A stretch of DNA of 49,912 nucleotides, taken from positions 3,033,305 through 3,083,216 of the forward strand of contig MU058451.1 of the NCBI GenBank assembly GCA_013265495.1. The letters are read 5' to 3'. The stretch is from Vicugna vicugna. Lineage: Eukaryota. Positions within the stretch are counted from its first letter, which is position 1; every line of letters starts with the position of its first letter. This document shows, one piece after another, positions 1 through 11,189 of the stretch. Made by a program: the position numbers and the translations under genes. The notes beneath the pieces were generated by a model. The model was not told the origin of the DNA. It saw only the letters and a program-made list of their open reading frames with translations, and made no database searches.

Positions 1-340
1 ATCTAAGAAAAAAAAAGAAGACACTAATGAACTTATCTACAAAACAGAAACAGCCTCACAGACATAGTAAACAATCTTGTGGTTCCTGGAGGAAAGTGGG
101 CGGGAAGGGATAAATTTGGGAGTTTGAGGTTTGCAAAGATTAACTACTATATATAAAAATAGATAAAACCCAAATTTCTTCTGTATAGCACAGCAAAGTA
201 TATACAATATTTTGTTATATAAAGAATATGCAAGCAAATATGTGTATGTATATGTAGACTGGGACATTATGCTGTACACCAGAAATTCACACTGTAACTG
301 ACTATACTTTAGTTAAAAAAAAAGTTGAAAAAGAAAGAAA
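1..340 (+). mobile_element. L1 3'UTR end (young, camelid/artiodactyl-type), continues off the left edge
   Basis: Typical L1 3'UTR (gacactaatgaacttatctacaaaacagaaac...gactgggacattatgctgtacaccagaaatt...gtaactgactatactt) ending in an A-rich tail at ~315-340; same tail family as 5948-6058. Confidence 0.85.
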
Positions 341-624
341 GACAGAGCTTTTATGTCCCAGCCAGTCTTTATAGGAGGGTAGGAGCCTAACTTCGATAAG
401 CACCAATTAACCAACACAGATGACCTAATCCCATTAACCAGACTTCCTCCATCTTCCTCTAGTACTTTTCCACTCACTCATTCCAGGGCTTAAAAACTCT
501 CCTGGCTTCTGTTTCAGCGAAGTTGAGTTCTTCCCTATCGAGATGGTCTTTATCTCTATTGCAATAGTCTTGAATAAAGTCTTTCTAGCTTGTTTAACTC
601 AGTCCAGTAAAATTTTCTTTGACA
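341..624 (+). mobile_element. ERV1-class solo LTR, 3' portion (MER34-like)
   Basis: TATA-like cttaaaaactc, poly(A) signal in ttgcaatagtcttgaataaagtc, LTR-type terminus ttttctttgaCA at 624; left part interrupted by the L1 tail. Confidence 0.6.
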
Positions 625-832
625 AATGACAGAAAGGAGATAGCGATTGCTTGGGGATTGGGGAAGGTATGAGAGAGGAAGATTACAAAGGGGCTTGAGA
701 AAACATCACATGGGGGTGATGGATATTTTTTGCATGTGTGTGTGGGTGGTGATGACTTCATAAGTGTATTCATATGTCAAAAATTATCAATTGTTTATTT
801 ATATTAATTATACCCCAATAAAGCTGTAAAAA
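625..832 (+). mobile_element. Old L1M (L1MC/MD-type) 3' end
   Basis: gattgcttgggg...gattacaaaggggcttgagaaaac...gtgatggatat...atatgtcaaaaattatcaattg...taattataccccaataaagctgtaaaaa. Confidence 0.7.
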
Positions 833-839
833 TTGCATA

Positions 840-1240
840 TAACATCTGATCCAATAATTTGACTTTCAAGACTCCATTTTATTAAAACAATTGCATATGA
901 ATACAGAGACATATGAATAAGAATGTGTATGGTAGCAGAATCTGGAACAAAAAAACTGGAAGCTATTTTGTTTATCAATAAGAAAACTAATAAATAAATT
1001 ATGGTACATCCATTAATACTATGTAGCTATTAAAAGAGTAAGTGAAACGATCATATCAAGAGCAAACTGGAGATTAATTTGTGTCTATTACCATGTGTGA
1101 TTCCATATATGCACAGCAATATGTAAGCACACATGAAAAAATTTAACACTAAAGCTCTTAATGGTGGTTGAATCTGGAGAGGTAATTTGGAATTGTGAAG
1201 GGGTATGTGAAGGAGAGGACTTGAAATTTTTACTTTATTT
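840..1240 (+). mobile_element. Decayed L1ME-type 3' fragment
   Basis: aataaattatggtacatcc...atgtagctattaaaa motifs typical of L1ME 3'UTRs. Confidence 0.5.
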
Positions 1241-1464
1241 TCTATATGTTATATCACTAGCTTGCTTATTTTTGAGAGCAATTATTCTGTGCTTTCTCCT
1301 TCATGTCCTCTAATATTGGCTACCATGCTGGCGTGTACATTAAGGACTAAAAGCTTGGTCCTTTTCTACATTTTTCAAAATGGTGGATTCATTACCTAGT
1401 ATTCTCCAACAGTGACCAGTGAGGGATTTGGGGGTAATATTATGCAGGTATTTAAACATATTAC

Positions 1465-1775
1465 ATATGTTTCAATCCATTGCCCGTATTATCTTACTGA
1501 TGCTCATATTATTCTGTCTTTGGCCACTATAAGCCTATTCAAGTTGGCTTCTGAGTTCTTATGTTCATAACATAATTTGATAGCTTCCTTGATTTCTGGT
1601 GTGATAAAGTGCTTCAAGTACATGTTTTACATTTCCTGCCCCAGATTTGGAATCAGCTATTTTTTTTTTTCAAAGAACCCTGATTCCAGTTAGTGGGAAA
1701 TTGATGTAAGGGTTGGTTATTGCTATTGGGATAATATATATTTTTTTCTAGATCATTTCAGTGGATAGAACTTAG
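1465..1775 (-). mobile_element. L1MC-type 3'UTR fragment, antisense
   Basis: tttcaatccattgc...ttcaagttggcttctgagttc...catttcctgccccagatttggaatcagc...aaagaaccctgattcc resembles L1MC4/5 3'UTR. Confidence 0.55.
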
Positions 1776-1879
1776 TATGATCTAAAAGCATGAAACCCTA
1801 ATAGGGCCTACTCTCTAGCTAACACCTTGAGTACTTTAAAAAGAGTATAGAAAATACTGTCACTGGTCTTCGGTGAGTT

Positions 1880-4240
1880 TACAGTTTATTTGGAGTTTCC
1901 TGATTATGCCTAAGAATAAAAAAAATGTTGAGTAATAGGCTTTGAATTAGTCCTGAGTCTGTCATCCTTTTTCTATAGTTGAATACTGCTTTCTGAGTTC
2001 TCTTTATCAGTGCTGGTTCAGATGATTGTACTAAGTAAATGATTGGGACCTTAAAATAATTCATTGAGAAGAATAATTAATGAGGAGAAAACGGCAGGTT
2101 GGAGTTTTTGTGTCATCAATAATCTAGATAAAATTGTAACAAATATTTGCTATTTAGAATTTCTTTTTCCTTCTGTGTATGTGTCTGCTTGGGAGTTTGA
2201 ATGAACCAAATGGAGGATATTTGGATTATTAATTCTGTTTACCTTTTATTTCAATTACTCTCTGGAATCTCTTCTTTCCAGCAATTCTAAGCTGTTCACC
2301 CCCAATATTGAATTAAAATCTGAATTCATGGAATCTGAATTACATTTAAACTAAAAAAACAAAACCAAAAAACCCCAAAATAAGCTGCTTCCTCAGTTTG
2401 CTTACAAATCAATCAGCTTACAAAATGTAACACTTTCCAGTGCTATTTATAAACCTGGGTTAAGTCTGGGTCTTTTGAAAGCAGGATATAGCTTTCAAAT
2501 TAAGCAAAGTTTCACAAAACATGACACTTTGTTTCCTTAGGTGTTTGCATACAGACTTACTTAAACAAATTCAAATCCAGAACAACAATTCAATACTTAT
2601 GTTGGTCCCTCCAAAACTGGGTCAGCGGAAATCTTAAAAATCAATTCAAATTAGCTTGCTTTGATAAATTTCACCTGTTCACAGGTTTCTGATGGCTTTT
2701 ATCCCAACCTTCAACCAGTCTAGGTTTATTTGAAGACCAGATTGCATTGGCTTTAAAATTGACTGGGCTTGTTCCAAATGTATCCCACTCAAATTGCAGC
2801 CCTGGTTAGTCCAAAACTCATCTCTAGCAATCTCATTTTTTCCCTTGGGAGAGAAGAATCTGGCTGTCTTTTGAGGAGTAGAACTGATTTCAAAAATTTT
2901 AGATTTAATAGTCTGTTTTTGAATTTTTACAACTATTTCCATCCTTAAATTAAAAATGTGTTTTTCTTGCAAAAGCGAATCCAAAACTGTGTATAAACCT
3001 TGACAGAAGTCTTTGCTTTTTTAAGTCTCTCTCTCTTCATCTTCCCCAGGTCTGGGGCTTAATGACCCCTTTAACTACATCCTCAGACATTCATGATTCC
3101 TACCTCTTTTCCACACTCTCCTCATAATTGGAAGAAGTTATTTTTTCTCTTAGTTTTCCAATTTACCATATATTTTTTAAAGCTATATTTCTGGCAGATT
3201 CACTGCTTCCATGAAGTTTCCCAATAAAAATCTATAAAAGTCCGAAATGAAAAGTATAAGCTCACAAATATAACAGTTTTCTTCAACCTTGAGAATCAAC
3301 CCTGGTCTTGGTTGTAGGTGGTGTCTGAGCAGTAAGGTTGTAAGACTCACATTATCATCACATAGCAGACATGAATCCAATGCTTAACACCAAGTTGCAG
3401 ATTTCCTGCCTCTGAAATGATGAGAATAATGATTTCATTTATTAACCTCCCAGGAACTTATTATTTGGACCACAATCCGCTGAATTCACACAATGCACTG
3501 ATAATAGTAGTTTGCTTTTTAAAAACATTCTGTTGTTTATTTTAAAAGCAACTTGTTGACTTTTGTCCACTAGTATATGACTTAACGTTAACATTTCTTG
3601 CCCAAGATTATGTGCGTTGACTGGGAATTCACTTCAGCAGGGGGAGTAACAACAAGCGTTAACATACTGTATTACACAATTTCTTTAAATTCCTCTCAGG
3701 CGACCTCTTTTCAACCACTATGTTTTGTTCCAGAGCCCATGCATGAACAATTTTTATATTTTTCCAAAGTAAAAGTTGTTTTCTTCAAGTCATTCCACTA
3801 GGAAGTCATGTTTTTCCCTGTGAAAGGAACTTAGACCCCAATTGTTCAATTCTAAATTCAAAACCCACAGAATTTGGTCTAAAGTAAACAAAGCACATTC
3901 ATTCTCTTGTTTCTAATTGCTTGAAATTCTATCCAGGTTTTCTAAAAGTTGATTGAGTCTTACCAACATTTTCTATGAACCACACATGGATTTGGAGTTT
4001 ATAGACAAACCCAAACCTCTAGAAATAAACCCCACATCAAGAAAGTTTCATTTGGTTTCAAGTTTCACTACAAAAATTTAATATTACCTTATTAAAAAAG
4101 CACCAAGCAACCCTGGATGGAGATGATCTCTGTTGCCAGCAAAATGTCATGCTTAATTACTATCGCATACTGGTCCTAATTTATGTCTTTAAATCTTGAA
4201 TGAAGTCCATGCTGTGTTTTGCAGTAAATACAACTATGCA
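1880..4240 (-). mobile_element. Ancient non-LTR retrotransposon ORF2 relic (APE endonuclease + linker + N-terminal RT), RTE-X/L4-L5-like
   Basis: Manual minus-strand translation across stops and frameshifts gives, in order: CIYCKTQHGLHSRFKDI..KHDILLATE..SIQG (~4232-4110), GFISRGLGLSINS (~4030-3995), CFVYFRPNS (~3895-3870), LV/DLKKT (GDLNART-like, ~3800-3775), SHILV (~3580), LSVHC (SDHC-like, ~3500), then KAIRNL*TG..I/DFFKISADPVLEGPT*VLN (RT domain 0/1-like, ~2700-2590). Includes ORF 2679..2984. Confidence 0.55.
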
Positions 4241-5947
4241 CATCTTATTTGTAGGTAAAATTTGAATATTGGCTTTGTGTCTTGAAATTACACAAAACAG
4301 TGTACAAAAGAACAACATTATATGGATGTGGATCTATTCTAAAGCAGAGCTGACTGACAAGACTAGCAGGACAAGTGACAGGGAGGCTAATTAGCTAAAT
4401 GTTAACCTATCAGCTTCCAAGAGACCTAGAATCACAGAAGTGAAAGGGATTTAGGGATTTTTTTTTTTAAACCACAGAACTTCTTCTGCAGGTAGGAATT
4501 AGATATTACCAAATCCAACTGATTTGTGCCATAAAGAGAATTGGCCCTTACAAATCGTCCCTGATCCTTCCCGTGTAATTTCTCCTCCCATTGGAAGACA
4601 CAGATGTCAAGCTCCGAGGATGGCAGAGTCAAAAGACAGAAGGAACTACAAGGCCTGGAAGAAATTTGCTGCTGAATCAGGAACACCCATGCTGAGCTTA
4701 TCAAAGCAAGAAAAAGCGACCGGGTTAAGACATGGATATTTTGTCGTCCATTTGTTGCCAATGCCATCATTCTTACTAATACAGAATGCATTTTGCACTC
4801 AGTCTATGTGTGTTACTTTTATCATACCAAAAAATATTAAGGTATTAAAAGGAACTTTAAATTTACAGGAAGAAAATTTAATATATTCAGAATGTCTTAG
4901 AATCGCATCACGTAAGGTAGTACTCTTAACAACCTCGAGAATTATAGCACATAAACCATCTTTAGATTTCCTAGTTGAGGTTATATAATTTAAATGTTTT
5001 AGATAATTGTTCCTTTCTCATAAAAAGACTGACCAAAAACACAGAAGAAAACCTGAAAATTTCTGGCTTAAGACAAAAAAGAGAAAAACACCTATTTTTA
5101 ATCCCTGCTCTCCACTTCCTCCACCACTGGCTTTGAAATCTTGCCATGTTGCTTTTCTCTTTTTTTGCTGTGAGCTGAGTAACTTTGGATAAGGAAAGAT
5201 GGACATAAGATGTGAATAAAAGCCCTCAGGGAATTTTAGATGGTGAAAAAGCTTAGCCCCCAATTTTTGTTTAATGTGCATAAACTATGCAAGCTACCCT
5301 CGATTAAAATGTCCTGAACAGCCTAGAAAGATGATAAGGACTGTTTTATGTCTTTTTATTGATACCAAGGAAAGAAAAAATATGGAGGCAGAAACAAAAA
5401 AAAATTCCATGTATTTTGACTACTGAAGTGTCTCATACTGATCTGGGAAATAAAATACATGTTTGGTTAAAAATGCAAACTCCTGTCAACAAAAGGCATA
5501 TTATTAAATATCACCATAAGCTCTAGTTTAGAAACTACTCTAAACCTCTCTGTTAACACATAAGTGCAATGAAATAGGGGCAAATGTCAGTCAACAAGAC
5601 ACGTGTATTTATGAATACTTTAAAGTGCGAAATAACTCTTCAGCTTCTGAGAAGTGTAGTGAGGAGAGCAGAACCATCAAGTGGTGGTCACACTGTTGGA
5701 TAGTTTTTGAAGCCTATTTTTCCCTTCTTGTCCATTCCCCCCACAGCCCCATTTTCTATAATCCTGCTCTTTCCATAGCAAATTTTGGTAAAATCCAAAA
5801 TTGGTGAATCTGTGCCTTGTGTGATGTCAGGTAATCAACCCCTTTGGACAGAATCTTCTAGGAGTTCCGCCTCCAGTGTATCTTCTCATAGGTCCTCGGC
5901 TTCTTAGGCTCAGTGTTCAGGTTAAGTGCACTCTTTCTCTTCCCCAG

Positions 5948-6058
5948 AAAAAGAGTATGAAAGCAAATACATGTAGGTATATGTATGACTGGGACATTAT
6001 GCTGTTCAACAGAGATTGATACATTGTAACTGACTACACTTCAACTGAAAAAAAAAAA
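5948..6058 (+). mobile_element. 5'-truncated L1 3' tail
   Basis: atatgtatgactgggacattatgctgttcaacagagattgatacattgtaactgactacacttcaa + poly(A); homologous to 235-325 of this window. Confidence 0.8.
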
Positions 6059-7301
6059 CCTACTAAGGCTGAAAAAGGCAGATTAAAATTTGGGTTTCAT
6101 AATGAAAAAAAAAACTTTTATTTGCTCACAATTTTGAAATTAACTAGAAATAAATTGGTAAAAAGAAAAGTTAATGGAAAAGGGTTAACAGATATGTAGA
6201 AATTAATAGAAATTAATATGAATAGAGAAACCTCTATAATAACAGTATTAGACATTTTCATTGCAAATACATATTTGACATTAATGGCCAAAGAATGTAT
6301 TAAAATGTAAGTTAAGTTTATACCTTGAAATCATGGGAGAAAGAGTCATTAGTACATGTGTTTTGTTTTTTAAAAACATTGGAATATTTTAAGTTTGATT
6401 ACATTCAGGTGTTTTTTTAATGATACAGATGATTCATCTTAATTATTTATGTTTTATTAGTGTTGAATTCTTCATCCTACCATTTTTGTGATAGTATTGA
6501 CTACATTTTATTGTTTCATTTGAATAAAATTTAAAAGAATTTTAAATTAAATTTAAAAGAACATTTAAAAGAAGAGGGCCTTACAAAGCGGTTTAAAAGT
6601 TTAATTTCCCATCCCGTTAGAGAAAAGCACAGGGCATGTTTACATGTTTTATTTGGGTGACTGTCTTAGTCTACCATTCTACACAGGAGAGGGATAGAAT
6701 TGCAAATGGACCCAGATGGTGGAATTTTCCTTCTAAACAAGGCTGCCAAATATTTATAAGTTTTACATGATTACATTGTAGCTTTTGCTGATGAAGCACA
6801 TCTACTGAATTTCACCAGAACTTCCAGGCAGAGTGTACAGATGATGGTCAGGAGTATTTGGGTAAGACATTTGGGCGCGTTTCTCACGTTGCAGCTCTCT
6901 GTTGTGTATGCCTCAGTAACTTTTAGAGACCACTTGATAGAATGATTTGCCAGGAGGACCGAAATCCGCTGACCGTACTGCCTATGTTTAAACGGGAAAC
7001 TTGAAGGAGCTGCTTTTTTGTTTAGATTTAGTTGAGATTTAAAACTCAATACCTGGTCTAGTTGGGTGCTGTGTACAAAATTTTAAGAGCTGTGGTATCT
7101 GGAAGGCTTTAGCTTTTAGTCTCTTTATTAAAAATTTGCAATGACCAATCATTACATTTACAATGAACCATTAAAAACATAGGATAGTGTTTTGGGTTTG
7201 TACAGCACAAATCACTCAGAATGTAAGAAATCTCTACGATAATAAGGAGATTGTAAGACATTAATTTCTGATTAATACATGTTTAATAAGGGCCATTTCT
7301 T

Positions 7302-7703
7302 TTTTTAAATTGAAGTATAACTGATTTACAATGTTGTATTAATCTCAAGTGTAGAGCAAAGAGATTCAGTTTCATATTTATATATTCAGATTATTATATA
7401 TTGTAGGCTATTAAAATATTAAATGTAATTCCCTGTGTTACAGTAAATCCCTGTTGCTTATCTATTTTATGTATAGTAGTTTCTATCTGTTAATCCCATA
7501 TTCCTAACTTATTCTTTTCCTCTTTGGTAGATATAAGTTTGTTTTCTAAGTCTGTGAGTCTGTTTCTGTTTTGTATATAGATGCATTTATATGTCTTTTT
7601 TGGATCCCATGTATAAGCAATATAATGTAATATTTGTCTTTCTCTGTCTGACTTACTTCACTTAGTGTGATGTTCTCTAGGTCCATCTGTGTTGCTGCAA
7701 ATG
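7302..7703 (-). mobile_element. L1 3'UTR (L1MA9/artiodactyl-type), antisense, with TSD
   Basis: T-run then ttgaagtataactgatttacaatgttg...gtccatctgtgttgctgcaaatg; TSD ataagggccatttctt (7286-7301) / ataatggtcatttctt (7704-7719). Confidence 0.85.
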
Positions 7704-7798
7704 ATAATGGTCATTTCTTGAGTGCTTACCAAGCACCAGGAGATACATTTAGTGATATGCACATACTCTCATTTGATTGTTAAGTGAGAATTATTTAC

Positions 7799-8143
7799 AC
7801 TGTGCGTTAACTAAAGAGAAATTCTCTTAGGCTTATTGATGGCATCACTCTAATAACAATAGCAAGGAGCCATCATTGTATAGATAATGACCATGTGCCA
7901 GGCTGTTTATATGAATTAACATATTTAATCATGAAAAAAACCTCTCCAAGGTATAAATTATTATTGTCATAACTGTGCGTTATCTAAAGAGAAATTCTCT
8001 TAGGCTTATTGATGGCATCACTCTAATAACAATAGCAAGGAGCCATCATTGTATAGATAATGACCATGTGCCAGGCTGTTTATATGAATTAACATATTTA
8101 ATCATGAAAAAAACCTCTCCAAGGTATAAATTATTATTGTCAT
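7799..8143. repeat. Direct tandem duplication, 173-bp period, two copies
   Basis: 7799-7970 and 7972-8143 are identical except one substitution (A7810 vs T7983). Confidence 0.97.
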
Positions 8144-8253
8144 TCTCATTTTTACAAGTGAACATACTGGGACATAGTGAGGTGGAGTCACTCACCTAAG
8201 AGATTTGAGGCAAGACTCTAACTAACCTGTCTGACTTCAGAGATTTCATTTTT
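8020..8253 (-). mobile_element. MIR SINE, antisense (partly duplicated; interrupted by L1)
   Basis: accatgtgccaggc...atttaatcatg...attattgtcattctcatttttacaagtgaacatactgggacatagtgaggtggagtcactcacctaag...ctgtctgacttcagag resembles the reverse-complement MIR core. Confidence 0.65.
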
Positions 8254-8918
8254 GAAATTTTTATTATTATTTTCTTACTGAAGTAGAGTTGATTTGCAAT
8301 GTATTCATTTCTGATGTACAGCATAGTGAATAAGTTATACATACATATATATATATATATTTTTCATTACAGATTATTACAAGATATTGAATATAGTTCC
8401 CTGTGCTATACAGTAGGACCTTGTTCTTCTATCTTGTATATAGTAGTTTTTATCTGCTAATTCCAAACTCCTAATTTATCCCTCCCCCTTTTTCCCTTTA
8501 AAGGTAACCATAAGTTTGTTTTCTATGTCTGTGAGTCTCTTCCTGTTTTGTAAACAGTTCATTTGTATCATTTTTTTAAGATTCAACATATAAGTGCTAT
8601 CATATATTTGTCTTTCTCTGTCTGACTTACTTCACTTAGTATAATTTCTAAGTCCATCCATGTTACTGCAAATGGCATTATTTCATTCTTTTTTATGGCA
8701 GAGTAGTCTTCCATTGTATCTATCCACCCCAACTTCTTTATCCAATCATCTGTCCGTAGACATTTAAGTTGCTGCCATGTCTTGGCTATTGTAAACAGTG
8801 CTGCTATGAACGCTGGGGTGGCATGTATCTTTTTGAATTAGACCTTTCTCCAGATATATACCAGAGAGGGATTGCTGAATCATATAGTAACTCTATTTTT
8901 AGTTTTTTAAAGGAATCT
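8254..8918 (-). mobile_element. L1 3'UTR, antisense, with TSD
   Basis: ctgaagtagagttgatttgcaatg...ttccctgtgctatacagtaggacc...ggctattgtaaacagtgctgctatgaac; TSD-like cagagatttcattttt (8238-8253) / caaagattccattctt (8919-8934). Confidence 0.85.
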
Positions 8919-11189
8919 CAAAGATTCCATTCTTCACCACTGACTCCAGTGCTTCTCAAAGCTCTCTATTCCTCTGAAGTCCATGCCATATTGGTATTGT
9001 CAACTGATCTCCAGGGAGAACTTGTTCCTCCCTCAATGACTTCTGAACCTATATCAGAGTTATCTCTCTTCCCCATCCTCCTCCCTCATCCTTTTAAGAT
9101 ATTCTCGAGACACTGAGGGTGTAGAGTTTTTGTTAAACTGAATCAAATCAAAGTTTACTGTTGCCCATGATGGCCTAGGGGCCCTCCTTTATGATTTGCT
9201 AGTGTCCTCTTCACGTCTCTATACTTGCATTATCAAAGATTGCTATTGCAATTGTGGACTTCACTTTTTTCGGATTTACAAATAATATGCCTTTAAGTAA
9301 ATAGTCACTCACATTATTTTCAAAATTGCTATACCATTATCGACATAACAGAGTTGCAGCCTTTTAGTAAATCCTGACATTAAGCAAGGGAGAGGTTGAG
9401 AGACTAAAACATGACTGAGCTTCTTAGGGTGAAATATACCCAAAGGAGTAGAATTTCAGTATTTCAGCACTGGAGGCCAGTCATGAATATGACATTGAGA
9501 ATATTAAGGGGAGCTGAGCTGCTGGGGTACAAGATGGTGTGTTCTGGCGAAGAATAGATATCTGAGGAGACATTCCGAATTGTGAAAGTTTCCACATGGG
9601 ACATTTCCCAAGGAGCCAAAAATATATTGGAATCAATAAATGTCAGTTGCTTGCATAGGCTTTTAAGCCACTTTAATGTAGGAATATAAAGCCCTTGGCG
9701 TAAACAAAAGCTAACCTCTCAGCCAGACCCACATGCTTGGGATCTTCCAAGACACTCACCTGACCTTGTCTTTGTTTCAATCCTGTTTCTAATCACTGCT
9801 GAGCTGCAGTTCTTAGATGCTGAAAGGCAGATGGGGTAAAAATGTGTGGAGCACATGTCTGCTCCGCAACATGGCAATACATTGAGAATATTTGTGGCTT
9901 AAATTAAAGTTTAGGACAGTCAGTGCCATTTAATGAATTCTGGGTTAGTCATGAGAAATAAACAGTGACTCAACAATACTGTTTATTTTCTGTGCTTGAG
10001 ACTTTACTTTGGAGTGGGCCCTATAAACACACATGCACTTCTAACAGGACTGGCATTAACATAATACTCTGTGATACCAAGAAAATCTGGTCTGAAACAG
10101 CTCCACCTTAAATGAACAGCTCCCTTCACTTCTTACTGTGGGAAACCATGGAAAATCATACTTACAGCAGCAGCCTCATTTAAAGAGCTTCTATGCCAGG
10201 GACAACTTTAAGATGGCTTAATAAATTTTACAACTATTACTCCTACTTCGAAACCAGCAGATAGACTGTGTTGTCTGTCTCCTAATTGTTTTTCTACTTG
10301 GCGAAGCTTATAAATGGTGGAGAACTCTGTATAATAATTCAATACTGCTTCATCCTTTAGCTCTACCATTGATTCCCATAGTGAACCGTGACTTTTGACT
10401 AATAATTGTTCATACTGGTACCAGTGAAGTTGCAGAAATTAACTCACATGAGATAATTGATATTTCAAAGCTATAGTGGGGCCTTCATAAAGTACCTGTT
10501 GGTAGCTGTGTACAGTTAACTCATGAGAAGCTTGGCTTAGAATAATGGCTGTAAATCAGGCCCACCAGGTGTATCTTAACTGCCTATCCTTAGAAAATTA
10601 TATCATAATTAAATTTTGTCTGCCGATGTAATGTTTCATTGCAGCTGTCATAAGTGAAAAAAATGCTGTATCAATTCCCCTTGTGTCACATTTTTAGGCT
10701 TTAACAATAGAAAATATCAAAGAAAAGTGTGTATGTTCCATCAGTCAGAGAGAAATTGTGGCTCTCAGAGAGAAACAGCTTCCTAGAGCAACTGCACTGG
10801 TGATACCTTGACCGAGACAGGCTTTATCCCCGGGAAAAACTTCTGTCCTCATTCCCTGCTCCTTCATTCTACTGGCAAACTGGTCTAGACAACAAGAAAA
10901 GTACTTGTCTCTTTACCTCTCTTCTTAAAATCAGATCTGATTGTACGCCTGAAAGGTTCTCATTTCTCCTGAGACTTAAGCCTTCTCAACTCTGTCAACT
11001 TCCCAGAATTAAATGGACTTCCCCAAACTAAAATACCCAGAATCCAAATTACACCTCCACTCAGACACAGCCTGCTACGTATCTTTGATTTTTTGAAATC
11101 TTCTACACTTCTTAGCAACCCAAATCACTCACAGGCCTGTAATGTTTCAAAATAAGAGGAAGAGGGAGAGAATAACCTACTTCTTTCTC

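Noticed and set aside
2598..2624. Plus-strand YVGPSKTGS resembling a parvoviral NS1/SF3 helicase Walker A (endogenous virus idea)
   Set aside because: Lacks the invariant GK[ST] lysine, has no Walker B downstream, and the minus-strand APE/RT reading explains the region better.
2955..3000. Plus-strand CFSCKSESKTVYK resembling a CCHC zinc knuckle
   Set aside because: His and final Cys are missing, and it lies antisense to the better-supported ORF2 frame.
3395..3470. Weak MIR-core-like stretch inside the ORF2 relic
   Set aside because: Similarity is too low to separate from chance, so it is not annotated.
4524..4988. 154-aa ORF as a protein-coding gene
   Set aside because: Non-ATG start, no recognisable domain and no supporting exon structure.
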